Assembly: GCA_951406725.2 (NCBI GenBank)
Contig: OX597816.1
Location: 66,898,001 to 66,962,000 of the forward strand
Direction of reading: 5' to 3'
Length of the DNA stretch: 64,000 nt
Source: Octopus vulgaris
Taxonomy: Eukaryota
Shown: positions 38,190 through 52,688 of the stretch, in pieces
Layout of the letters: every line of letters starts with the position of its first letter
How positions within the stretch are numbered: position 1 is the stretch's first letter
Notes under the pieces: model-generated
The model's input: only the letters and a program-made list of their open reading frames with translations
What the model was told of the DNA's origin: nothing
Databases searched by the model: none
Translations under genes and position numbers: made by a program

Positions 38190-38461
38190 ATTCCACTGAA
38201 AATGAAACTTTATGTCTATGTGCCTGCTATGTGGAAACAGCCGAACATTTTGAAAAACGAATGCAGGAGACCCGTAAGGAACTATCTGTGAAACGAAATG
38301 AAACATCAAGGTATATTTCCAAGAAAATAAGTGCTAACGATGACAGACCTTCATCTCAAGCTATTGGTGCATTGGCTGTTGCCTTGTTTACAGTTCTGGC
38401 TTCAGTAATTATTATTCCAGATATTTTGTCATTGGCCAGGTATCTGTTTTTACATATGTAA
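38190..38461 (+). CDS. Last exon of membrane glycoprotein gene: CLCAC, juxtamembrane ELSV...TS...KISANDDRPSS motif, TM helix, stop
   Basis: Acceptor ttctatttacAG, phase 1; hydrophobic segment AIGALAVALFTVLASVIIIPDIL; TAA at 38459-38461; AATAAA at 38471. The eight exons sum to 1320 nt (439 aa). Confidence 0.88.
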
Positions 38462-39254
38462 TTTTTGAGGAATAAATTTAACTGTAGGCAGTAAAATATA
38501 CTATTGTAAACAGGAGTAAAGAGAAGCTAGAAGACATATAAAAGATAGAAGAGACTATAAAGAGAAGGTAAAGAATATAATAACAGGGTGTATGTTCCTA
38601 CCTTGAATGAATCACTCAAGAATGAACCTGTTTCTTTGATTTATTTAACTTTTCAAAATGAGCACTATAGTACATTGAGCAACAAATTCATAAATTTCAG
38701 TCAGTATTTTTCTTTCTTCATGAAATTTCTTTTGTTTTAAAAGTGAGATAATTTCTATCATTTAAATCATGTTATATTTTCTGCAATTCAGACAGTATCA
38801 GGATAATAGTAATTACAAAGAAATGGAACAAATGGGTCACCTTTGCAGACTGTCACCTTGGCTTCAACTATTCAAATGTTTTAATACAGATAATTTCATT
38901 TAAAATTTGAAAAAATAATTATATGAGTCAAATAACATTTGTTATTGTAGAACTGAAATAAATAAATAATCTTAGATGGTCAAATAAGAAATGCTAATGT
39001 CATTTTTTACAAAAAAAAAAAAAAAAGAAAGAGAGACTTGTCAGAACTGGTAGTGGTTTTATCATTTATTCCCAGTAGTGTCAAGAAGCTGCCAACACTT
39101 TTTTCTGCAAATTAGGGGTAGTTTATCCTGTTCCGGCTATATTATTAGCATTATCCTGCATTTGAGAATTTAAAATCACTTCTTTAACTTTTTAAATAAA
39201 TACTGTATCTATGGAAAAAAGGTTTTTTGAGTTTCTTTCTTGATAATAATCGTT

Positions 39255-39698
39255 TCTACTCTAGGCACAAGGCGTGAGATTTATGGGGATGAGGCTAGTT
39301 GAGTACATCAGCTCTAGTTCTCAACTGGTACTTATTTATCAAACCTGAAAGGATGAAAGATAAAGTCAACCTTGATAGAATTTTAACTCAGAACATAAAG
39401 ATGGACGAAATGCCACTAAGCATTTTACCTAGCATGCTAATGATTCTGCCAGCTCACCACCTATAATAATGATGATAATAAAGGCGGCGAGCTGGCAGAA
39501 ACGTTAGCGCCCCAGGCAAAATGCTTAGTGGTATTTCGTCTGACGTTACGTTCTGAGTTCAAATTCCGCCGAGGTAGACTTTCGGGGTCGATAAATAAAG
39601 TACTAGTTTCACACTGGGGTCGATGTAATCGACTTAATCCATTTGTCTGTCCTTGTTTGTCCCCTCTATATTTAGCCCCTTGTGGGTAGTAAAGAAAT
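39255..39698. mobile_element. Head-to-head pair of family B SINEs (39255-39460 -, 39481-39698 +)
   Basis: Both match family B. Confidence 0.85.
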
Positions 39699-41667
39699 AT
39701 ATAATAATGATGATGATGATGATAAATAATAATAATGATAATGGTAGTCTCTCAAGTTCAAGAAATTCGCTTCTGAATTTACTGAATAACCAGCACAGAT
39801 AATTTGTTTATAGTGATCAAATGTTTGTATTGCACATTAGTTCAATCTGTTGGTGGTTATTACCTGAGTAAAATCTGTTATAGATGTGTTGCTTTAAAAA
39901 CACAATATATATTGGAGGGAGATGAAAAAAATCTCTGCAGTGGGTAGAAAGAACACCAGATGCAATTTGGCTTTATTGGTCCTTGATAATGACTCAACAG
40001 CAGCCATATGCTTGAATGAAATCTGTCACCAGCTACACATAAGAGACAGCGAGTAATATATTCAGTGATACTGCAAATAGCCACTGGTCTGAATAAAAAT
40101 ACAGCACATCTATAACAGATTTTATCTTGAACAAAAATCGCCTCCTCTTACCTGTCAACCATGTGTACACAAATATTAAACATAGATGGCTATTTTAATT
40201 AAATTTTACTTCAGTTGCATACACTGGGTTTTGTATTCAGCTCGTTGGTATTTACATCAGTGAAAGTAGAGATTATTGTTTCCAGTATATCTGAAGTGGA
40301 AGATTTCATTTAGAGGTATAGCTGCAAAAATACATCATTGACAAGACCTAAAGAGGCTGAAATGTAGCTGTATTTTTAATATAATGTGTTTGTAAGAGAT
40401 GTTATCTTAGATGAAAACCACAGTGTCTTGCTTGTTAATGGTATATATATATATATACATTATGTTTGATACAACATTATATATATAATACATACATACA
40501 TACATTTTTTTTTTGTCTTAAGGCTGTGTCATGCGCGGGGACATAGAAATAATCGGACTGAATACCCGATCGCGTGGTTAAACTATTGGGAGTGAAGGAC
40601 TCCTAGCCTTTGTTACGGCATCCTTCTAGGAGAAGGTAACTCAGGTAACTGGGATAACTCTGACATAAAACCTGCGGCTCAGTGGTTACCGATGATGTTG
40701 ACTTGTTCTTCTTTTTGGATTATGGCTGCTGTTGCTTAGTGAGTGGGATTGACTTAGTGCACAACCTTTCCTCACTTAAAAAAAAATCTTCTTGCACAGG
40801 CATTGCACGTTAACAACATTGATTGATTGATTGATTAAATTGATTAACTTATTCATGATTGTTGATGGCGCTGTGAGTCTCAACTGAATGGCTGGCTGTA
40901 GCCTTAAAAAGCAAAAAATCAATGATGTACCAAAACGTATGTACATACATACACACACACACATAAACAAGGCAGTGCTAACGTGCAGTTGAGTAAAAGC
41001 AATCAGAACACCTGTCTTTGGCTGAGAAATGGGAATTTGAAATCATACAAAAACATATTGACATTTACAAGAATATTAGTATTTAAGTTGCATCTATCCA
41101 AGTTGACAGAAAACCACCATAATGAATGAAAGCTTGACCAGGTGTATTTCAATGATTGTCCTAGCACTATATGTTCCTTGACCACAAACACTTGACATTC
41201 AATGGCTGACATTTTGCTGCCAGCAAGTACCTTAAGTAAGTACGGCTTGCTGTATGTAATAATCTTTGAGGATAAGCTGTCCTCATGAAACCCCTCATGG
41301 TCAACAAGTCTGCAAGTGAAACAGCCAGATCCAAGGAAACTAAAGATGGTCTAGGTAGGCAAATAGTAAACACAAAATGTTCACCAAGTGGAATAAATTA
41401 TTTTGCATGAAGAAAATATGAAGTTGTTTAATGTTTAGGCTATAATTCTTCATTGAGGCTCTGTCTGAAATGATAAACTTGTGAAATAATTTATGGCATT
41501 TGAAGGTTGCAAGGTAGACTGTTGTAGTCTGTAGTCCTCCGAAATGCAGCTCAGAAATCAGAACTGGTTTTAAAAAAATGGTATTCAGTGAAGGAGGAGC
41601 AGTGTCCATGATCTTTTCAGTCTGTCCAAGATCAGTGAAGCTTATGCTTAGCCTGAAAATCTGAAGA

Positions 41668-41945
41668 TCATCATCATCATTATCATCACTTAATGTCTAC
41701 TCTCTATGCTGGTATGGTTTAAACAGTTTGACTGGAATAGATAAGCTGGACAGCCGCACCAGGTTCCAGTTTGATTTGGCATGGTTTCTATGGTTGAATG
41801 CCCTTCAGAACACCAACTACTTCAGGAGTGTAATAGGTGATTTTACATGCCACCGGCATGAGTGCCATTTACATGACACCGGCGACAACCATGACTACAA
41901 TTCATGGATGCCATTTGCATGGCTTCTGGCAACGAACACGATTAT
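41668..41945 (-). mobile_element. Old RTE 3' end copy
   Basis: (CAT)n plus a diverged terminus. Confidence 0.7.
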
Positions 41946-42196
41946 AATGCATAGGTGCCAGTCATTGGATATTCTCTCTCAGTATCTGCTGGTCAGCTAT
42001 TGTAGGGAAAACTCACTCAGAGAGTAAAGTACGAATCTGGTCAAAATGTTAGTAACAGAGTAAGCTTTGGAACAGTTATTTAAGGACAAGGTAGCACTCA
42101 AAGTTTGACTGAATAGTGTGTTTAGTTATATTAATTTTAAAAAAACCCAACTAAACTATCCTGCTATTATACAAGTCAATACAAAACAAAAATATT

Positions 42197-42598
42197 AGGC
42201 AAGAGTGGTTGTGTGGTAAGCAGCTTGCTTACAAACCACATGGTTCCAGGTTTAGTCCCCACTGCATGGAATCTTGGGAAAGTGTTTTCTACTATAGCCT
42301 TGGGCCGACCAAAGCCTTGTGAATGGATTTGGTAGACGGAAACTGAAAGAAGCCCGTCGTATATATGAATATATATATACGTGTGTGTGTATGTTTGTAT
42401 GTCTGTGTTTGTCCCCCTAGCATTGCTTGACAACCGATGCTGGTGTGTTTATGCCCCTGTAACTTAGTGGTTCGGCAAAAGAGACCGATAGAATAAGTAC
42501 TGGGCTTACAAAGGATAAGTCCCGGGGTCAATTCACTCGACTAAACACGGTGCCCCAGCATGGCCGCAATCAAATGACTGAAACAAATAAAAGAGTAA
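42197..42598 (+). mobile_element. SINE family A
   Basis: Full-length match. Confidence 0.9.
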
Positions 42599-42903
42599 AT
42601 ACAATAAATAAATTAATTAATAAAAAACCAAATTAAAAGAAAACAACTGATATTCAGTATAAAAATGTTATTTAATTATAAACAACAATACAATGAGGTT
42701 TTTTAATTACATATATATATAAATGTAAGATATATTGGTAGTAAATATTCAAGGAGAAATTGTTACAATAGAGTCGTCAGCCAATTTACTGAATGTCTCT
42801 TAAAGTCTTTGTAGAGGGTTTTGTAAACACATAAGTATACACACACACAGACAAACACATAGATATATAAATAATTACATATATATATATGTGTATGTAT
42901 GTA

Positions 42904-42959
<56 letters not shown>

Positions 42960-43090
42960 TATATGTATTTATATATGTATGTGCATGTGTGTGTAGCTAT
43001 GCATATATATATATACACATACACATGTATATGCATGTATATATATATATATCTATATATATATATATATATAGTCCATACATATTTGTG

Positions 43091-43121
<31 letters not shown>

Positions 43122-43136
43122 GTGTGTGTGTGTGCA

Positions 43137-43198
<62 letters not shown>

Positions 43199-43621
43199 TG
43201 TATATTGGATATGGTGTGGCAGTCTGGTCATACGTGTCATCAGCGTATGAGACTGTCTGTAGGTTTTCCGAAGAGTTGTGGAAAGGTTGAGCAAATATAA
43301 GTTGAAAGGAGTAGGTGAGAGAATGAATCCCTGTTATACTCCCTTTGGGAAATTGTAAGTTCTGGAAGTGCTGTTCTTGGGAGGTTCAGGTGTGTGTGTG
43401 TGTTTCCTTTTATTAATGTAGTTTATTTGATTTCCAATTTGATTGCTTATTTGCTTATTCATTTTTTTATATTTTATTTTTAGTTTTTTAGTTGTTGTTT
43501 TTTTTTTTTTTACAATTTTCAAATCTGTAGCAATGATAACCGACACATGTTAGTTGAAAGTGATTATGAAGTTAAAAGGAATGTTTATCACTGCCCATAT
43601 ATAAATGTATGTGTGTGTTCA

Positions 43622-43622
<1 letters not shown>

Positions 43623-43670
<48 letters not shown>

Positions 43671-43896
43671 ACCCTTGTACAATTTAAGCCCACACAAAAG
43701 GCTTACAAACTTCTGTAAGTCAATGAATTTTTCTTCGCCGGCTGCAGCCTTCAGAAACATTTCAATCTCAGTTTCTTTGAGCGGTCGGCCTGAGGGAGTG
43801 TTCATGGTTTTCATAGCTTCCCAAGCTGCATCAATTTGGATATGTCCTTTCTCATCCTTTTCAAGTTTTTCAAACAGAGTTAACATGTCTTGAGCA
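43623..43896 (-). CDS. Downstream exon of EF-hand protein gene (HAQDMLTLFEKLEKDEKGHIQIDAAWEAMKTMNTPSGRPLKETEIEMFLKAAAGEEKFIDLQKFVSLLCGLKLYKG...); 3' boundary uncertain (43673 if spliced)
   Basis: Acceptor ctttctttatatttatttAG, phase 2; two degenerate EF-hand helix-loop-helix units; the frame runs into a (TA)n tract and stops at 43623. Confidence 0.82.
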
Positions 43897-46082
43897 CTAA
43901 ATAAATATAAAGAAAGAAAGAGACATGGTGAGGCGGGGGAAAACATTAATAATTTTAATAAAAAGACAGGGAGATAATCATTAGATACATCAAAGTCTTA
44001 GTAAATAGTTTAAATACACGGGTCCGGTATTTATGTGGTTTCGAACCTCAGAAACAAATTACAACTGTGCCCTTTTGTGTTTGTTGTTGTTGCTGTGTTT
44101 TTGCTGAGCAGGATGGTTCTGACTAGCAGACCTACGAACAAAGGCAGGAATTCCGACTATGACTATTCCAACTTTTCTTGGGCACCGCATGTTCAGCCCT
44201 CTCTATTTAAGATGGTAAGGTGTGGTTTGACTACTATTTCGAGGAATTCATTGAATACATCTTTCGTTTGCAAAGCTGCCTATGGTATTGGAAGAGGCAC
44301 TTCTTTGAATCGACTTATAAAAACAGCTGTTGATATTTCATTCCATTAACAAGTTTCAGTCTATCAATAAGTTACCACGACATACTGAAGTTCATCAAAC
44401 CCAGTTAAATACTTTCATCTGGACCTTGAATATCTGTAGTAGCGCCCATTCTTTCGCAAACATTTAACCCATTTCTCTTGTTTGTGAATAACCCATGAGG
44501 TATAGTTTCTTCCTTCTGCCTTCTTCCAACCAACTATGAAAGCCCTACATAATCATAGATACTCCTCTCTATCTCTTCTGATTAACTTCTTTTAAAAAAA
44601 GAAAAAATGTTATCTGATTTCAGGTAACATTTGTATAATTTATGAACGTCCTTCGTATCTGAGGGCGAATGGAAAACCTATTCTTTAAGTTTTTTAGCAT
44701 CTCAGAATATAAAATGACGGAACTATATCACTGTTTCTAATGTAGGTACAAGGCCGGAAACTTTTTTAAGGAGGAGAAGTTAGACAAATAAATCTACCTC
44801 TAAAACACGACCACGGACAGATGAAAGGTAGAGTTTATCTCGGTGGAATTTCATTTGAGTAAAGTTTGGCTTTTTACCTGCCATTGTAAGGTGTTTAATA
44901 TCCAAGTAATGCTCTAAAAATTGCCTCCCTTGGCTATAAATTGTTCAAGAGTTGTATCCCCTTGCAACAATTTTTGTGGATATCCTTTGGTTTCGTTTTA
45001 CAAAACCTCTAGCATCTCTACTTTAAATAGTAACATCTATTTTAAATAGCTTGTCAGCATGCAAAAATTATGTTGGTTTCTCTTGAGCTAAAGTTAGGAA
45101 TGTCTAAGAAATGTTCTATTTATATTCTAAAGTCAACTTTGGTGGTCCCTCAAAATTAGTAGAAGCTGTCGAAGTTGTCTAGAATTTGTCAGAGAAATGA
45201 TAACAAAAATAAATTTGTCCGCCAGAAATAGTTCAAAGGCGTTTAGTGTTTGACAGAAGTATGTGGTTCTGGAATTTTAAACGCAAGCCGAAAGGTGAAA
45301 AAAAAGACGAAATGTTGTTGAACGCTGTACAAAAATAACTTTCTGACAAATTACACTATATCTGTCAGTCTTTCAAATACCGTAACTTTATGTCTGGCTC
45401 CTGTGAATATTAAAGAACTAGTTACAAAACATGACTAGCGCTTGTGTGTAGTAAGGAATTAACATTCTTTCTTATTTTACGAATACATCTAATAATAATC
45501 GAGATCGTAAGTTATCTACGTTCTCTTTCTTCATTTCTATATATTTCCTTATGACACAATTGTCCTTCTTAAAGTAATAAACTGTACATTATCGTTACTC
45601 AGAAATTCTCAACACTGCTGGCAGTTGTCTTATCAAGAGATATCAACTGAGCGAATGTTATCGATAAAACTCAACGAGTGATATCTCTCACTATTCATCA
45701 TATCTACCTATGGTTCTAAGATAAAATTGTTGACAGAAAAGTCGACGTTATCAGGGAAAATCTCGATAACTAAGATCTTAACTTCGATAAATCAGATTGC
45801 ATTTATGTTACATTACACAAATTGTGCGTGAGAACTTTGAAGAAACTGTCAATGTCTCACAGATATAATTTCTAACACCGGTACAAGGCCATAAGTTTTG
45901 GAAAGATGCAGAAGTTGACTTGTACGTTATTTGATCGACCCCTGAAAGGGTGAAAGTCGTAGTCAATTTCAGCGGGGTTTGAACTAAGAATGTAAAGGAC
46001 TGTAACAAAATACTGCAAGGTATTTTGTCCGATGCTTTAACGATTCTCAGTTACAATGGACGAGGCGAGTATATTCTCTCAT

Positions 46083-46274
46083 TTCTTTTATTTGTTTCAG
46101 TCATTTGACTGTGGCCATGCTGGAGCACCGCCTTCGGCCGAACAAATCGATCCCAGGACTTATTCTTTGTAAGCCTAGTACTTATTATATCTATCTCTTT
46201 TGCCGAACTTATAAGTTTAGGGGACATAAACACACCAACATCGGTTGTCAAGCGATGGTGGGGGAACAAACACA

Positions 46275-46325
<51 letters not shown>

Positions 46326-46488
46326 GACCGGCTTCTTTCAGTTTCCGTCTACTAAATCCACTCACAAGGCTTTGGTCGGCCCGAGGCTATAGTAGAGACA
46401 CTTGCCCAAGGTGCCACGCAGTGGGACTGAACCCGGAACCATGTGGCTGGTAAGCAAGCTACTTACCACACAGCCACTCCTGCGCCTA
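46083..46488 (-). mobile_element. SINE family A
   Basis: Full-length, CpG-rich young copy. Confidence 0.9.
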
Positions 46489-46679
46489 CATGTAGAAAAT
46501 GTTACAGAATAAGATACTACATTCCCGGTATTGTATAAGACATCTGTTATAGTATACTAATATTCAATCGATTTCTCTTTTCTCCCAAAATAAATTTCGA
46601 TGGCTGTCACTAAAATATTTTTTCCTAGTTCTAAATACAATAATTTCAACTTTTAAAATATTCTTTTTTTTTTCATATA

Positions 46680-46914
46680 GGCGTAGGAGTGGATGTGTGG
46701 TAAATATATGTTTGTGTGTCTGCGTTTGTCCCCACCAACATCGCTTGATAACCGATGCTGGTGTGTTTGAGTTCCCGTAAATTAGCGGTTCGGCAAAAGA
46801 AACCGATACAATAAGTACTAGGCTTCCAAAGACTAAGTCCTGGGGGTCGATTTGCTCGACTAAAGGCGGTGCTCCAGCATAGCCACAGTCAAATGACTGA
46901 AACAAGTAAAAGAG
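46680..46914 (+). mobile_element. SINE family A, internally deleted
   Basis: Head joined directly to the 3' half. Confidence 0.85.
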
Positions 46915-47129
46915 TATTCATTTTATATTCACCACAGCATATGCATGTATGCGTACATACACAGACAGACAGACCGATAGATACACGCATACGTATGTAC
47001 ATAACATATATACATACATAGAAACCCACGTCTCGTTCTCACTCTTTTCCCTCCTCTCTCTCTCTCCCTCTCTCTATGCAAGGTTAAAAGGACCTATTTA
47101 CGACCAATGGAGTATCATATATATTCGGC

Positions 47130-47354
47130 CGAGCTGGGCGAATCGTTAGCACGCCGGGCGAAATATGTAGCCGTATTTCGTCTGTCGTTACGTTCTGAGT
47201 TCAAATTCTGCCGAGGTCGACTTTGCCTTTCATCCTTTCGGGGTCGATAAATTAAGTACCAGTTACGCACTGGGGTCGATGTAATCGACTTAATCCCTCT
47301 GTCTGTCCTTGTTTGTCCCCTCTGTGTTTAGCCCCTTGTGGGTAGTAAAGAAAT
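47130..47354 (+). mobile_element. SINE family B
   Basis: Near full-length match. Confidence 0.88.
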
Positions 47355-47599
47355 ATATATATTCGGTCGTCTCAACATGACGAGCTAGGTTCGTGCATGA
47401 AGCCGAATTAAATAATGATATACGTAACTCCTACCAGATCAAATTGCCGAGTACCTAATCATATAAAAATCGATTGGTTTATCAGATGAAACAAGAGTGT
47501 TTAGAATTTAACTGTTTTCTAATATTTCGCACGTAACTTGAAAAACTAAAATTGAAATTTCGATGAAACGTTGACTCAACTTCTAAATCATTGCATCCA

Positions 47600-47920
47600 T
47601 CATCTATTTTCTTCGCCCACTATTCCTGAGAAGGTTGTGAGAGTAGAATCCTCAAATACTTCCTCCATAGAATAATATTTGAAGCGATCATCATTATATT
47701 TTCCACCTGGATTCCCAGGCACGACCAACAGAGACTGGACTTTACCCAACCATCTTGTTCTTGGCTTGCCCATAGATCTCCTGCTGGTTAGCTTTGCATG
47801 AAGAGTCCATCTTGCGATTCTTTCCTGCAACATTCTAATCACACGTCAGTAGTACCAGAGCTGTGACTTCTCAATGCGGAGAAGTAGCGGTTCGACCTGT
47901 AGTGATTTCTTGATCTCTTA
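47600..47920 (-). mobile_element. Degenerate RTE-like LINE C-terminal fragment (different subfamily)
   Basis: SQLWY...IRMLQERIARWTLHAKLTSRRSMGKPRTRW resembles the RTE C-terminal motif. Confidence 0.6.
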
Positions 47921-48134
47921 GCTACGTTAAGAGAACTAACAGGATGCTATCAACCCATCAGCGTCAGTGTTACTTGGCTTATAAGAAAGCGAGTTCTTTG
48001 CTGCTCTCAGTACACGCAGTTCACAGCTGTTAGCAATGAGAGAATTGTATGATTAACAAGGGCTTCACTAACTTGAGATGCAGAACTAAATCTATTTTTA
48101 TGTCTGGAAAAAGCGATAGGACCCCACTCTCTCT

Positions 48135-48192
<58 letters not shown>

Positions 48193-48875
48193 CTATCTCT
48201 CTCTCACTCACTCATTCACTGCAAGGTTATAAGTATTTATCTACGATCTGTGAAGTCTCTTATTTCATATAGGAATTTTGAGAACAAATTCTCTAGATCA
48301 GGCATGGGCAAGCTTTTTCGAGAAGCAGGCCACAAGGATGGTGGAGAGCGGGGTGGTCAAATGCAAAGCAGTAGTATAATAAATCATTCAGGACTCAAGT
48401 TCTATGTTGCTTCGTTCTTCATAGGAGAACTCGTTAGCAAGTCGTAGCAGCACGAAACTTCATCTTTTTATACCTTGAAAGTATACTTCGACATTTCATC
48501 ACTACCATTTCTCCCCTTTCTTCACAGCAGGCGCAGCTATGTATCTCCTCAATAGCGAGACGAGCGACTATATCGAGGTTTTTCATGAAATGCACCTATT
48601 GTTTATAGAACTATGAGTAAATAAGGAAGTTGTATTATCATTAGGTATGTTAGCACACATAACTCAAGCCTATGCATCAAGTAGTTTTCTTCTATTATCT
48701 CAAAGAACGTAAAGAATGGCAAAAAAACTTTCTGCAAATGTGAAGTACAGCAGAAAGTGACGGTGACCTTTTCATTTCCCTCGTCTGCTGGCACTAGCAA
48801 AAATCTCTTCAACAAAACCCAAAACGAGATGTAACAAAATAATACTGATTGTCTATGTTGTCTTCTTGTATTACT

Positions 48876-49075
48876 GTTGGCAGAATCGTTAGAACGCCGG
48901 GCAAAATGCTTAGTGGTATTTCATCTGTCTGTACGCGCTGAGATCAAATTCCACCGAAGTCGACTTTGCCTTTTATCCTCTCGGGGTCGATACTTAAGTA
49001 ACAATGAAACACTGGGGTTGATGCAATCAACTGGTCCCCTCCCACAAAATTTCAGGCCTTGTGCCTTTAGTAGAA
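48876..49075 (+). mobile_element. SINE family B, variant tail
   Basis: Head and core match; different 3' end (ggccttgtgcct). Confidence 0.75.
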
Positions 49076-49077
49076 AG

Positions 49078-49108
<31 letters not shown>

Positions 49109-49114
49109 TATTAT

Positions 49115-49347
49115 TTTTTTTTTCCTTCTTTCTTCAAATTTTCTTCCGTTTCTCGCCGGGTGTTTTCTGTACACCTAGGGCAGAGAAGCTCATTGTATGC
49201 ATTCCCAGATTACACACGTAAATTCACAGGTAAAATATGTATTTAAAAAATAAATAAATAAACAAATTCATGAATGGATGTTGTTTTCACAGCGATAATG
49301 CTCTTCTCAGTACATGAGCCGTTCCAGTTAACACGACTTTTTGCACG

Positions 49348-49380
<33 letters not shown>

Positions 49381-49566
49381 TTTTTTCTTCTTTCAAATTT
49401 GCTTCCATTTCTTGCCGAGTGTCTTCCCGACTCCTAGGGCAAAGAAACTCATAGTATACATTGGTAGGCCATTAAACCAAACTCAGTAGTTCGTTCATTT
49501 TTTTTTTTTTAAAGTTAAATTAAAATACATGAGCAGCAACAGTTCTCACATCGACAATGCTCTTCT
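49115..49566 (-). mobile_element. Two stacked R4/Dong-like 3' ends (49115-49347 and 49380-49566) in (TAA)n
   Basis: The second is near-identical to 34239-34430; the first ends an ORF as VQKVVLTGTAHVLRRALSL* and has a related 3' UTR. Confidence 0.8.
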
Positions 49567-49580
49567 CTCTTCTTCTTCTT

Positions 49581-49659
<79 letters not shown>

Positions 49660-49830
49660 ATTAGCAGCATCTCTTCCGGCTTTACCTTCTAAGTTCATAT
49701 TCCGCCGAAGTCGACTTTGCCTTCCATCCTTTCGGGGTCGATAAAATAAGTACCAGTAGAAAAGTGGAGTCAATTTAATCCCCCAATCCTGCTGGCCTTG
49801 TGCCAAAATTTGAAATCATCATCATCATCA

Positions 49831-49913
<83 letters not shown>

Positions 49914-50830
49914 TATCTGATACTGAGACAAAATACCAATTTTTCTTCCACGTATTTAAAAATCAATTTGTTATTACTGTAACGATGACCAAATATTTGG
50001 AACTCTCATACACTTACATGATAGCAAATATTTCCTTATTTCTATATGCATGCATGAATAACATTTAGCATTTAGGATTTATAACTGCCATATGTTTACG
50101 ACTGTATATGAATGAATAATTTTCGAATGCTTGCTACAGAATGAATTCCGCTAAAGGCACCCATCCAAGGACCTGACGGTGGTGTTAATTCGAGCGACGA
50201 ATAAAGTCAACTGTACAAAACAGCGTAAAAAGCCAGAACTAATATCGAAAGGCAGTTTAATAATTCTGCTTATCCATGGCACGAAAGGCTTTGAATGAAG
50301 AGTAAAAATAGCCTGAATAAATTCTCTCGCAAGTTAATGAATCACCAGACGTATCCTTCGTTTACAGCTGTTATACACTTCCGATGAGAAGCAACTGTCA
50401 TAACTCGTTTCATGGATGAAAAAAGAGAACTCTCACAGAGTTCACTTTAAAGAGAAGAGAAGCAAATGTTTTCTTAGTCTTGAAGATAACAAACGAATAG
50501 CGATTTAAGTTGGAAACGTAATGGGAGTTTGAGATTTCAAAGAAGAACACTTCTAGCAAAAGATAGTGGTAGGCTTTGCTGTCAAAGCCTAACAAAATTG
50601 ATGGAAATTTTGCAAATAAGGTTGTCTCTCTTTCACTTGTTCTTACTCTCTTTGATTTCACACAATGGACTTTGCAAGGAAAGTAAAAACATTCCTGGTA
50701 CACGTCACATGGACAGTAAAAGAATCGCTGACTCACTTCGTACGGAATTTAAAAAAAAAAATGTTTCAAAGTGCTAAAAAATCACACGATCGCGCGCCCA
50801 CTCACACGCACACACATTATATATATATAT

Positions 50831-51458
50831 AAAATGGAGAAATATTGAAGAACAACAATTGACTTACATCAATTATTATTTATTAATTCAATACAATGAG
50901 ACTACATCTCATCTAACAGCTGTTTCTGCTTCCAATATTATATGGTATTGCCATTGATATACTAAAAACTATTAATCGTATTTGGTAATAAAACCGATCT
51001 GAAACATGGAGCTTCATCAGAGTGAAGAATAAATGAATAAATAAAAATTTTAAAGAAATACAAAAAAGATGGGCCTAGAGAAGAAAAGGAAAGGCTGAAT
51101 ATGTTTATAATCATAACATTGCTTGTGTGTCTCTTTTTATTCATTTATCCTTCACCGTCAATACCATATAACATTGGAAGCAGAAGCAGCTTTTAGCAGG
51201 GATATAGTCTATTTGTATTGAATTAGTAAATAATAATTGATGTAAGTCAATTGTTGTTCTTCAATATTTCTCCATTTTCTTTCTTTCTTTAAATTTAATT
51301 TACTGATAAACTCATGCTTATTCTTGTCTTTACCTATAATTTATGAGCATAATATGCTTGCATATGTATGCCCATGGTTAAACATGGGAAAATATACCGG
51401 TAGTATAATGGATATTTTTTCCCTTAGACGGTTTTTTTCAACCTCTAACTCAGCTAAG

Positions 51459-51460
<2 letters not shown>
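50831..51460 (+). mobile_element. Penelope-like pLTR fold-back (arms 50831-50936 / 51173-51278) between (TA)n tracts
   Basis: ~105-bp inverted arms, hammerhead-like motif, unique tail to 51460. Confidence 0.65.
50908..51027 (-). ncRNA. Hammerhead-like motif with long helix II (degenerate)
   Basis: Minus strand: CTGATGA-agctcca...tggaagca-GAAA-cagct-GTT-agatgag; same ACAGCTGT helix III as the 2950 motif; helix I imperfect. Confidence 0.55.
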
Positions 51461-51517
<57 letters not shown>

Positions 51518-51526
51518 ATACATACA

Positions 51527-51572
<46 letters not shown>

Positions 51573-51847
51573 CATACATATATACATATACATATATACA
51601 TATATATATATACATACATATATACATACATATATACATACATATATAATACATATATACATACATACATATATACATACATATATATATATACATACAT
51701 ACATATATATACATACATACATACATATATATACATACATACATACATATATATATATATATACATACATACATACATATATATATATATGTATATATAT
51801 ATACACATACATACATACATACATACATACATACATACATACATACA

Positions 51848-51883
<36 letters not shown>

Positions 51884-52233
51884 CGACTGGCTTCTACAAT
51901 TTTACCATCATGAGTCCAACACTCTAACCACTAAATCATGTGCCTCCACAATTAGCATTTAAGTGGCTGAGTATTCCAAAATTACGTAGTCACGTAGTCA
52001 ACCTGACACAGTGTGAGCAAGGTCGGGTCTATATTTTACCGGTACAATCCATCCGACCTGTTTCCACATAGTTTCTGCCTTAATTCCACACAGTTTCCAT
52101 CTCACCAATTTCAGACATAAGATATAAATCGATCCGCGGCTATAGAAACGATACTTGCCCAATATGTCACGCAGCGGAATCGAAATCGAGACCTCATGAC
52201 TGCGCAGTGAACTTCTTAACGACAACAACAACA

Positions 52234-52688
52234 GTGGAGGCGCAATGGCTTAGTGGTTAGGGCAGCGGACTCGCAGTCGCAAGAACGCGGTGTCGATTCC
52301 CAGATCGGGCATCGTGAGTGTTTATTGAGCAAAAACACCTAAGCTCCATGAGGCTTCGGCTGGAGCGGGGTGAACCCCGCTGTACTCTTTCACCACAACT
52401 TTCTCTCACTCTTTCTTCCTACTTCTGCCACAAAGCAGAGGAACCATGGTGTAACCCACAATGGTGTGGTAAACTTTCGGACCCTAGTCTAGGATGGTTC
52501 AGCTCTCCACCCGTTAAAAAGGCACCGTTTACGGAATGAGGATAACAACGTAGCTTTCGCGCCCGTGCAACCGCCAGTCTATCGCATGTGGTGGGTGGTT
52601 CTTCAAGATGCCACATGCATTCTTAGTAGCTTAGAGTAGGCTCGAATTAGAGATTATTCTTTGTGGCTAATGGCGTGAGTCCTGATTG
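52234..52688 (+). mobile_element. SINE family C, tail type 3, followed by (GGA)n(GAA)n
   Basis: Same head; tail shared with 30136-30600. Confidence 0.85.

Noticed and set aside
48296-48340. hAT-like terminus (ctag-at-caggcatgggcaa)
   Set aside because: No matching second end or TSD found.
51324-51962. YI/HT/CV-repeat ORFs here and at 36151, 42875, 54881, 58276
   Set aside because: Dinucleotide and tetranucleotide repeats lack stop codons by composition.
52234-52310. tRNA genes at the heads of SINE families A, B and C
   Set aside because: They continue directly into SINE bodies and lack a closed cloverleaf and terminator.
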